Assembly: GCF_037042905.1 (NCBI RefSeq)
Contig: NC_087247.1
Span: forward strand, 11,408,001-11,472,000
Origin: Lytechinus pictus
Taxonomy: Eukaryota
Length of the DNA stretch: 64,000 nt
Reading direction: 5' to 3'
Shown here: in pieces, positions 36,701 through 48,700 of the stretch
How positions within the stretch are numbered: the first letter of the stretch is position 1
Layout: each line of letters opens with the position of its first letter
The notes under the pieces: generated by a model
Databases searched by the model: none
Seen by the model: the letters and a program-made list of their open reading frames with translations, nothing else
What the model was told of the DNA's origin: nothing
Position numbers and translations under genes: made by a program

Positions 36701-39700
36701 ATGGATTGATATCTCTCTATTTTCAGTCTAGTTATCCATACTATAATGGTGTTTATTTCTTAACTCTCTTCTGTCCAGATTAACCCATGCCATAAATGTT
36801 TTGATATCTTACTCTTTTCTGTCCAGTTACCCATGCCATTTTGGCGGAGTGGTAGGCGGTAAGCCCGTTGTCGTGAACCTGGAGGAGTTTGGCCGCCGTG
36901 TCATCAACAATATCTGGAACTACATCAAGCATGCATATCCAGAAGATGTAAGCTTATTATTTGCATATTTCTGAGCTACTATATTTCCATTTATATGTTG
37001 ATATTGCCATATGCATATGCATGAATAATGACTATTCATAAATTTAGATTCACATTTATGTGGTCCATTTATTGAAATGCACAATTGATTATTTTTATGC
37101 AATGTTATGCATGATAATTGTTTTTTCTTTAATTTAGACAGTGTATGCCTGAATTTTTTTAGCTGAGTAAGATGTAAGCATATTGATATTTGTGACAGTG
37201 ATGTAGATTGTTACCACAGAGAGATCTTTGCCCTGAAATGAAATCAATCCTGACATTCACTGAATAAGTTCATGGCAAATGAAAAAAAAAATGTGTATAA
37301 CATTCCAAACTTATTGAAGTCTGAATTATGTAATATTTCAGTTGCTTGATTCTTGAACTCAGACAAAATTCTCATCGCTGGTAGTTTCGTTCTCATTTTT
37401 CCATTTCAATTGTAGGATTGGTTTAATAAACGTTCTTGTCCCAGGGCATTGGTTTGAAACTAGAAACAATTACCATTTCAAGAAATGATAATTTATACAA
37501 GTTCCATGTTTTGTTGATATTTTTTTTTAAGGGTGAGATCCTTGATGAAGTAGTCCACGAAAGAGCACAGCATGACATGTTCCTCCAGTCACAGCTAGCA
37601 ACCTTTACCGGTAGAAAGAACCAGGTCAAGCAGTGTTTGGATATCATCAAGAAACCTGAGACAGGGTTGCTGATGGTTGCAGGCAAGCAGGGGTGCGGCA
37701 AGACGGCTTTACTGGTAAGATATGATAGAAATAATTGGAGGGGTGAGGGGGGGGGGGGTTTAGATAGCTAGGGACCTTCACTGGTAGGAAGAACCAGGTC
37801 AATCAGTGTTTGGATATCATCAAGACACCTGAGACAGGGATGCTATTGGTTACAGGCAAGCAGGGGTGCGGCAAGACGGCTTTACTGGTAAGATATGATA
37901 AAAAAAGATAGGAGGGGTGAGGGGGGGGGGGTTGAGATAGCAAGCGACCGTCACCGGTAGAAAGAACCAGGTCAAGCAGTGTTTCGATGTCATCAAGAAA
38001 CCTGAGACAGGGTTGCTGATGGTTGCAGGCAAGCAGGGGTGCGGCAAGACGGCTTTACTGGTAAGATATGATAAGAGAGATGGGGGGGGGGGGTGAAGGG
38101 GGCAGGGTGGTTGAGATAGCTAGCGACCTTCACTGGTAGGAAGAACCAGTTCAATCAGTGCTTGGATGTTGTCAAAAAGCACAGACAGGGATGCTATTGG
38201 TTACAGGCAAGCAGGGGTGCTCCAAGACGGCTTTACTGGTAAGATGTGATAAGAGAGATGGGAGGGGTGAGGAGAGAGGGGGCAGTGAGATAGCTAGCGA
38301 CCTTTACTGGTAGGAAGAATCAGTTCAAACAGTATTTGGATGTTGTCAAGAGACCTTAGACAGGGACGCTGATGGTTACAGGCAAGCAGGGGTGCAGCAA
38401 GACGGCTTAACTGGTAAGATGTGATAAGGGAGATGGGAGGGGTGAAGGAGGGAGGGGGCAGTTAGATAGCTAGCGACCTTTACTGGTAGGTAGAACCAGT
38501 TCAAACAGTGCTTGGATGTTGTCAAGAAACCTGAGACAGGGATGCTATTGGTTACAGGCAAGCAGGGGTGCGGCAAGACAGCATTAGTTGTAAGATATGG
38601 TTAAAGGGTCAGAGTGATGCTAGCAAAGTGAAACTTGGAATTCATTCCCTACATGTATAACCTCAATTTCGTTTGATAACAGATTTAGGCACAATCTGAA
38701 GCTGTATTTGATCAAACGTAACTCTCGTTGAATTATAAATGATTTTTGTCTTCTTTCTACTCTCAGTCCCCCCCTCTGCATTTCATTCTCTCCTACCCTT
38801 TTCATGTATGTTTGTTTGATCTGGGGTTTGTCTTGGTGCAAGATGCAATTCATTTATTTGAAGAAAACTAATTTAGTTGTAATTCCCAGATAGTTGTGAA
38901 TGATACAAGTGACAGATAAGGTGATAAATCAAACCTATACTCTTAGATATTGGTGTACATGTAGCTGTTGGCTATCCGTTGTTGAACAAGAGTTGAAATT
39001 AAACCCAATTTCAAAATACGGGCCCTCTTTTAATTTTCAGAAGAAAAAAATGTTTCAAAACCTCAATTTCTTAGATTATCTTGTGAGGTGATAGGTATTG
39101 TGGAACCAAATAGTATTCTAAAAAATATCAATATCACAATATTTCATTATCACCATCATTTCATGCAGCCTCATATCTAAAGTTTAAATGTTACATCGTT
39201 TGTTTTCTTTTCATGTTTCCTCATCTAGGCCTCTGTAGTGGATACTCTACAGAGCAGATCTATCCATCCCATCGTTCACTTTGTCGGCGCGGTGCCAGGA
39301 TCAAGCCATGTGTCTCCGCTTCTCAAGAGACTGTGCAACGAGCTCGGCCGTCGGTACGGTCTCCAGAGCCAAGTTCCTCAAGAATACAAGTAAAGCTCAC
39401 CTCTTTATTATCCTGTTCAAAGATTTAGAAACAGATTTTCTATGGGGTTCCTTTCCACACGTAGTGATTGTAATGCAGGCAACAACAAAAAATCATTTGG
39501 GGGTGTACTTTTCCCAACCGTCTGATGAGCTAAATCTGCAACATTGAAGAAGCTTTCACACATTTCGCTACATTTACATTTTTATAGCCAATCCTTTGTT
39601 ATTCATTTGTTTATTGATTTCATTTCAATAAAAACTTCAGTGATATAATACAAATATATAATCATGTTAAGAATAGGAAAATAAAATATGACAATTCTTT

Positions 39701-42700
39701 AAATGAAGTAAGGAACTCGAAGAATAGCCTGAAGTGCTTGTGAAATAGAGTTTATCTGAATTTATATGATTAAACTTAATTAAGTTCAAATTAAATACAG
39801 TGAATGCGAGCAAATTAAGCGAAACAATATACTGGTTTTAACCCTATCGTGACCATTGTCGCCAAATTGCGACAAGCGGCAACCCCGCGCCATTTACCAA
39901 TGTCGCATTTTTGCGACGAGAATCAGTCCCTCCGAAAAAAAAGAATATTTCACGAACCAAACACCCCTACAAGTCGAGTTTGGTATCATCCGAAAGCTCA
40001 TTGTCCGGCCTCTCGTTTAGTGACTGTCGCTACACACACTTCTATTGAAAGTTTTTACGCAATCCTTCATCAAAGTTTGAGAAACTATCGAAGAATTTCA
40101 CTTTTTAGCGTTGAGAAGGTCCACGATGGCGGAGCAACGCGGAGAGTATTTCGCGGACACGATGTCAGAATCAAGTTCGGATCATTCTGACAACGCATTA
40201 GATCGAATTCATGGTGATTCCGAGTTTGAAAGGATGGAAACTTCTTCGGGTGATGAACTTCTTGTGGGCCATTCCCCGACGAAGAGACTCCATGCACGTC
40301 GGCGGAGAGCTGCTGAAAAGCCTGAATACGAGCGGACTCAGGATTCTTCAGATGATGGATTAGACACTCTGCCTGGTCCGAGCAGGCAACGTACACATAC
40401 AATACACGTAGCCCACGCTATGAGTGACGTCATCGGACGCGTCTCGAGTCTTCACTCCGTTTTCAAGCACCATCTTTTCTGTGTGCGAGGTCTTATCGAG
40501 TCGCTCGCACAGATTTTCGTAATGTACACAAATCCCATAGACATGTTGATATCTCATTTCGCGAGGTAAAACAATGTTATTTTCCTTCCCCTGACCTAAA
40601 TAATTGGAAATACATTTTGTTCAAGGTAAGACGTAGAAGTTTATGATATACTAAATATATATTATGTTGACTACATGTGCCAAAATTGCTGTTCTGACCA
40701 CTCTATCCATCATAGAAATCATGGAGTTGTTTTGCACATGTGACACTGAATGTGACCCGGTAAGCCAGGGTGAAACATCCGCTGAGCAGCCGGTCACGAC
40801 AGGGTTAATACGTTTTGAATCCTTCCTTCGGCAGGAACCTGGTGTCTGAATTCCCAAGATTCCTAGAGGAAGCAGCGAAGCATGTCGACTCGGCAAACAA
40901 GCTGATCATTGTCATTGATGGCGTCAGCGGTATGGACACGGCTCACCAAGCCCATAACCTGGACTGGCTTCCACAGAATATCCCTCAGGTATATTCATGA
41001 TATGTGTTGATGGAAAGTATTGTGTTGATAATGCTAGGGGTAAGACTTTAGCCATAAAAACCTATGCATATAACATTATGATCTACATGTATGCATATGA
41101 TATAAACAACCATGTATGTGAGATACATATAATTTTCTATGTAAATTAAATTATTCTCTGCATATGGCATTATTTCCTATGGATATGACATCATTTTCTA
41201 TGCATATGATGTTATTTTCTATGTATATGACATAATTTTCAATTTCTATGGCCCGTATTCTGAACTTGGGGTTTAAATTAAACCCTGGTTTTAAGTTGTG
41301 GTTTAACTACGGAGAGCCAATTGGGGCACAAATCCCTAACAGTAAACATTCAGCTTATTAACTCATATGACACCCAATTTGTTCATTATTGTCTAGGAAT
41401 GATACATTTTGAAGTATTTTTCTTCATTATGATAGCAAAAGGAAACAAATTAGTAAAAATAAGAAATAATCAATATAAACAAAATTTTTGAATTTTTGGC
41501 TCCGCATAATATTAGCATAGAGTTAGATCGTGGTCTCAGTTAAACCTGACTTCAGAATATGGGCCTATGTATTTGATTTGACATTGATTCATGATGATGA
41601 ATGAATGATCAACAAAGTCAGCAACAAAAAAATGAGGCTCAGTTGAAGAAGTCCATTAAAAGATGCATAGTATGATGATTTCAAGTTTTAAAATATCTGT
41701 AGATACTTTTCATGCAAAGCATTCTCAATAGAGAAGCTTATGAAAATTCTACCTTTGATTAAATGTATCCATTGCCAAGCTTTGCAATTTATTGCAGTTT
41801 GTGAAAATGTGATCTCTAACTTTCCTCTGTAAAGTAATCAGAAAAATTAAGAAAATGGAGTAATTCATCCTTAGTCTTGTCTTGAGTTTGGAAATATTTA
41901 GATATAGATGTAGATATATGAAAAAGAGATATGATTAATTTAGATATCTATTCCATAATCTTTCATCAATTTTATCTTGAAAAGAATGTGGTATTCATCT
42001 TGAGCGCAGTCGCGTCCTCCCCAGCCCATGCCGCTGCAGTCAGACGCCAGGTCAGTGTGGTTGAACTGGGACCCCTAGACCTGATGGACAAGGCAGAGAT
42101 GGTCAGAAGTACACTGGCTGCCCATCACAAGACACTGGATGAATCGCCATTCAATAACCAGGTCAGTAAAAATAATTATATTAATAATTAATATTGATTA
42201 TTCATAATAATAATAAATAATCATAATATAGGATTTGTATAGCACACGTATCCACCGTGCTAGGGGCTCAAGACGCTCCTATACTACCCCGGCTAAGCTA
42301 GTCTTCCGATTCTGATGCGCACAGCTTTTTGAGGAGTTATTTTACCTCGCCTGGGTTGAGTGCAGCACAATGTGGGTAAATTTCTTGTTGAAGGAAAACA
42401 CGCCATGGCTTGGAATCGAACCCACGTCTTAACCACTAGACCATGACGCCCCCGTAATAGTAATTGATATCAATTATTAATGGTAATAATATCATTAATG
42501 TAATTAATTATATGGCAGTGTATCCTATTGCCGGACACATTTATTTCAGTGCTTTAAAAATGAAAACTAGAGGAAATACAATCAAGAAAAATTAGCACTT
42601 GCTATTCCAAATATGAAAATTATGAATATGATAAAATTATCTTATATTTTCCAACCGTTTTCTTTGCATCGCACTTGCCGCATACCCCTCCAAGAAAAAC

Positions 42701-45700
42701 AATTATTTTTGTGCGTGACAAATCACATCATAATTCCGGACGCGCGCCAGACGGGTAGAAATATTCTTGATTATAATGATGTAAGAAAGAATTGTTATAA
42801 TTTTTTCTTCATTTATCATATCATGAGTAAATTCCCGGGTAAATTCTTAGTTTTTGTTTGCTTTCTTATATCGAATCTGAGCAGATCGATGTTGGTAACA
42901 AATTTGTGTTTGCTAACTAATTTTTTTTTTTTTTTAAACTGCATGTTCTATGGCACTTTCCATTATTATGCTCGTATGATATCACGATCGTGACGCCGCT
43001 CAGTCATCAAGTTTTATATCGATGCGCTGTCGATCGTCGACGGCTCTCTTATCACGGTAAACCTCTCGCGCACGAGGTACCTTGAGAAATAGCCGTCGAC
43101 AATCTGATCAAAGGAGTGCACAAGATTGAAACTCGGCAAATCAGGCCCATATTTCCGTTAGAAAATATATCAATTGTTAATACAAAACTATGTTATATGA
43201 TATTTTAAGCATTTTCTGTCATTTTAGAGATAAATAAGGTAAAAGTTGGATTTTTTCGCCTTGTTTTTGCAATCTTGTTCTATGGTTTGCTCTGTGAAAT
43301 TGAATTGCGGAATTCTTACGGTACGAAATTGTTTTCGAACGCAGTAATATGCGCGTCCGGAATCATAATAGTGTCCGGTAATACAATACGTGACTATACT
43401 AATATATTATTAAAATCATTATAATAATTATATTGATATATTATTAATTCTTATAATAATTATAATATAATATTATTAATATTTATAATTAGTATTATTA
43501 ATCAAGGCCCATAAGTGAAATTGATAAATCTTATAGCAATCAAAAGCTTATAAGCTACTAATCACCCAAATGCAAGCTTTTACACACTTTCACCGTATAT
43601 TGCTTCAGGCTTTGTTGCTGAATATTGTAGCCTTTTACCAGTAATGACATAAATATCAGAGGCCTCATTCAAGATAATGGTCTCCTGCGTTCCATACTGC
43701 ATATATTTTCCAATAAAAATGATTCCTAAAATTATATATTTTTTTAAATGTTTATGGTGTGCTATGTAATGTCCCATTTGATCATTGCTTTGTAAATTTG
43801 TTAATAGACTGCAGAAAAAAAAATAGAACAAAATCAAATCAACAAGGCAACATAAAGATGATGCAGTGGTTTCCAGTTCTTTTTATTTTCATAGATTATT
43901 GATGTTTCACTTTGCTTTAGATGAAGCTGCTTGTATCAAAGAGAGAGGCCAACCTGCCTCTCTTCCTAAAGCTCGCCTGTGAGGAACTGCGTGTCTTTGG
44001 AGTGTTTGAAGAGGCAAGTATCTTCTCTGTTATATTCATTTATTATCGGTTAATTCATTGTTTTGTTTATTGTACCCTTCTGGAGAATGTTGAAAGAAAC
44101 TTTGGATTTACTAACATTCAAGGAGAATGAAACCTTCGAAACAAGTAGGCTTGTGTCGAAACAGAAAAATAAAAGAATACGAACAAAGAAAGTTTGAGAA
44201 ATATCGGACAGATAATGAGAAAGTTATGAGCATTTGAATATTGCAATCACTAATGCTATGGAGATCCTCCAAAATGTCTCTTTTTGCCGCTTTTCCGACG
44301 GCGGCGGCGGCGTCAACACCAAATCTTAACCTGAGGTTAAGTTTTTGAAATGACAGCATAACTTAGAAAGTATATGGACCTAGTTGATGAAACTTGGCCA
44401 TAAGGTTAATCAAGTATTACTGAACATCCTGCCTGAGTTTCATGTCACATGACCAAGGTCAAAGGTCATTTAGGGTCAATGAACTTAGACCATGTTGGGG
44501 GAATCAACATCAAAATCTTAACCTAAGGTTAAGTTTTTGAAATGTCATCATAACTTAGAAAATATATGGACCTAGTTCGTGAAACTTATACATAAGGTTA
44601 ATCAAGTATCACTGAACATCCTGCATGAGTTTCACGACACATGACCAAGGTCAAAGGTCATTTAGGGTCAATGAACTTTGGCCGAATTGGGGGTATCTGT
44701 TGAATTACCATCATAACTTTGAAAGTTTATGGATCTGATTCATGAAACTTGGACATAATAGTAATCAAGTATTACTGAACATCCTGTGCAAGTTTCAGGT
44801 CACATGATCAAGGTCAAAGGTCATTTAGGGTCAATGAACTTTGGCCAAATTGGGGTATTTGTTGAATTACAGCCATAAATTTGAAAGTGTGTTGGTCTAG
44901 TTCATAAAACTTGGACATAAGAGTAATCAAGTATCACTGAACATCCTGTGCGAGTTTCAGGTCACATGATCAAGGTCAAAGGTCATGTAAGGTCAAAGAA
45001 CTTTGGCCACGTTGGGGGTATTTGTTGAATTGCCATCATATCTCTATAAGTGTATTGGTCTAATTCATAAAACGTGGAAATACGAGTAACCAAGTATCAC
45101 TGAACATCTTGTGCGAGTTATAGTAGTTTTCAAAATCAGCACTGCTGCTATATTGAATCGCGTGATGCAGGTGAGACGGCCAGAGGCATTCCACTTGTTA
45201 CTTTTTCTTATGGTGATACAAACTCTTTATTCATGATGTATTCTTTAAAAATCTGTATTACACGCCCTCCTATAGAAAGAACACATGATCTACTGATAGA
45301 TGTGATAAAAGAAGGCAGTTTAAGTGAAATATATACTAAAGTAATGGGGAGAGTTGTTCACAAGTGACATCACACATCTCCATGGCATTAGTGATCTCAA
45401 TATTCAAATGCTCATAACTTTCTCATTATTTGTCTGATTTTTCCCAAACTTTCATTGATCTGTTTCTTTGATTTTTTTTGTTTTCACGCAAGCTATCTTG
45501 TTCCAAAGGTGTCATTCACCTTTCACTTTTGTGCTTCCAGTGCCCAATAAGATTTTTTTTAAAAACCTGTCCTTAAAGGCCAGCTAAGGTAGACAAGAAA
45601 ATTGGTCTTTGTAAGTAGGTGGCTTTAGCACAGCTACCCTCACTGTTCAGGTGCTTGAGCACACTCATGCATTCAAGGAATTCCTTCCTACCGGATACCC

Positions 45701-48700
45701 ATGAAGAGTGGCAAATGTAGATAAACGCCTTGCCAAAGAAAGATTGTGCCAGGGTGGGATTTGAACCCAGGGCCTCTCTGGGGTATGTCCCGATACTCAT
45801 CCATCGAGCCACATCACCTCCCTACTCTACTCTGAATTGGTTGCACATTTTATCTTGTAGGTTTCCACTCGTCTGAAGGCGATGTCGCACACCATAGGGA
45901 CACTCCTCCAGGAGGTACTGAAAAGACTGGAGGATGATCATGGTCAGGATACGATTACTGTGGCCCTTGCATTGCTGGTCTCTACAAGAGATGGTAAGAC
46001 ACCACTCTTTCATTATATCCAGGGTTTCTTTTTTTCCAATCATGTTAAAGAGAAAGTCAGTTGAAGTTATTATTTGTTGGGCATCGCCTGTGCCTGGGAG
46101 GCGTAGAGCGAACTGAAATACTATGACCTGCAGGTATCTCCTCCCGATATAACTGATCAGGGGAGTGGAGGTGGACCACTACACCGGGGTTTCCCCGTAC
46201 TCCTATACGAATAGTGCAGTGGGTTCTTAATGTGCAAAGGTGGTGGCTTGCTTAATCAATTAATTATCATACAATTAAATATCAATTAATGAATAAATAG
46301 AAATAACAGAATGATTAAATGAATAAATAATTAAGTAAATAAATAAATAGTAAATAAATAAATAAGTAAGATGTATACATTTTATTCCAGGATTATATGA
46401 AGAGGATCTGCACTGCCTGCTCAGTCTACACAGGCAACTCAAGGAAGGCAAGTACACCTACAAACAAGTGATAGGTACAGCCCTGGGTCCTGAGGTCATG
46501 CTACCTCAAGCTGAATTGTCAAGATTAGTACGAGGGATCAAATCTCTGCTGGCACCTACGGGTGAACACAGGTAAGGGAGGAAACCTTTTGTGTCTCTGA
46601 TCTTCATAGCTATTGGCCTGTATTCTGAAGTCAAGTTTAATTTGATATCGAGTCTATGGAAAGCCAATTGTGACATGAATCTCTGATAGGACATCTTTTA
46701 TTTATCGGCTTTTTATATCATTCACAACTGTTTGAGAATAAGAACCTCTTGGTTGGTATTCCGATAGCCATGGTTTATTTTAACCTGGGTTAACTTTACA
46801 GACCACACTTTATGGAGTGCCAGTTGTCAAAGTCATTCTCCAATTAAAATAATTTTTCCTGCTGCAAAAAAATTGTCAAAAATTAATTGAGACATGATTA
46901 TGAATTTTGATTAATTAATTTGTATAGTACAATTGCCGTGAATATGCAACAAATGTTATAAAGCCCAGCATTCCATAGAAGTGCAGTTTAAAATTATAAT
47001 TTAGACTTGGGTTAAACCTAGGTTTAATTATCAAGATACCATCCAATAGATGATGAAAGAGTAAAGTAAACATCAGAAATATAGACATGCCAACCATTCC
47101 CTTTTTAGAGTATTTGTTCCTCCTTTTTGCTACAAATACACCAATACATTTTTTGTATGATTTGTTTTTTATTTTTTTATGTCTAATCATGGAGTATGCA
47201 TTATACACAGCGCCTGTCAGTAGCGCCTGTCCGACAGTTCCAGACCGGGAAAAATCACTGTCGGGCCAGTAACTTGTTGCATGAAAAGAACAAGTAAATT
47301 CTTGCTTACGAGCAAATGTTTAAAAGGTTGAATTATCAAGTTTTCAAGTAGAGTCATTTCACATGTTTTTTTACCGATCTCACTACAACAGGCTGGTGAT
47401 TGTTACATTGAGACAAATTTTTAAAAATACTCTTTTTTGTAAAAAAATACTTTTTTTCCCTTATAAGAATCTTTTTTGGGGGGTTGTAGAAGGTTTGCAG
47501 ATCTGGAAATATAAATTATTGCTCAAATTATGACATTTTCAGGTTCCCATGATTCCCAGCAGACTTCAGAATACAGGCCATGGTATTTATGCATCGTGAA
47601 TATCATATTTTTTTTTCATATGAAAGTCATGCATGTTGATTATTGGCCATCCTAAGTGAATTGCTTCTAAACAAGTCCCCTTGTTTGATTTTAAACTTGA
47701 GAATATGTAGATTGAAAACCCATTTCTTGTGAATTATTGTTTCAGAATGCAAACTCATACAATAAAAAGGCGATTCTTTTCTTGGAAATTATTTTTTTGG
47801 GGGATGGGTATTAGAAAATATTTTACCATGTGCAGAAGAAAACTGATTTATGTAGTTGTGTTTTTATTCATTGTCCAGTTTTCTGATTTTCTGATCTGAG
47901 CATGAAATATTTATTTTCAAATTTTATTCTTTGTTGCAGTGACCATAGATTAAGGGTCAGTCATGGTCAGATTAGCCAGGCCATTGTCCAGCGCTACATG
48001 AAGGGGGCTGCCAGTGAACTCCAGATCAGAACTCACGCATTGCTTGCAGGTAATGCAAAGTAACATAAGAAAGTGAATGAGTGTATCATGTTTTGAATAC
48101 AAGATAGTAGAGTTAAGGACATGTTCAAATTTGTATTTGAAAGGGGTACTCTAGGCTAAAAACAATATCATCTGAATAAATTGAGTAAATAACAAGTTAA
48201 ACAGTGAAATAACATATATTCTGTGTATAATTTCAATTGAATAGAAAATATTGAAATTAAACCAAAAAAAAATTAGAGTAAAGCTTGACTATTACAGAAG
48301 AGTCGAGTGTATTAGGCAAAATAGCATGCTGAGGTGATTTATCTTCGAAAGCTAATTAAAAAAATATGATTAAAAATTATTTGATTTTGTATAGCATTAT
48401 TTCCATTATGATTACATGGTCAAGGTGCTTCACAATATGAGGAAAAAAATTGTGAGGAATATAAAAAGAAATATTTGAAATTATTCAAAGAGAGTAAAAA
48501 CGTAGATGCTCTAGCCCTGTATTGAATGAAAATTCTTTCTCTGCAGTATTTGGGATTGGATAGATGATTCGTGAGGAAAAAATGTATCCTTTTTCTTTAA
48601 TACATTTTGACACAACGATATGCTGTTAATTTTTTTGTATTATTTTTTTTGTATTATTTTTTTCTTACAGGTTACTTCAATCACCTATCAAGGACCAAGA

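Noticed and set aside
40111-40569. 152-aa ORF as an independent gene
   Set aside because: It lies within the TTAA/TIR-bounded element and has no DDD catalytic domain; best read as a transposase remnant.
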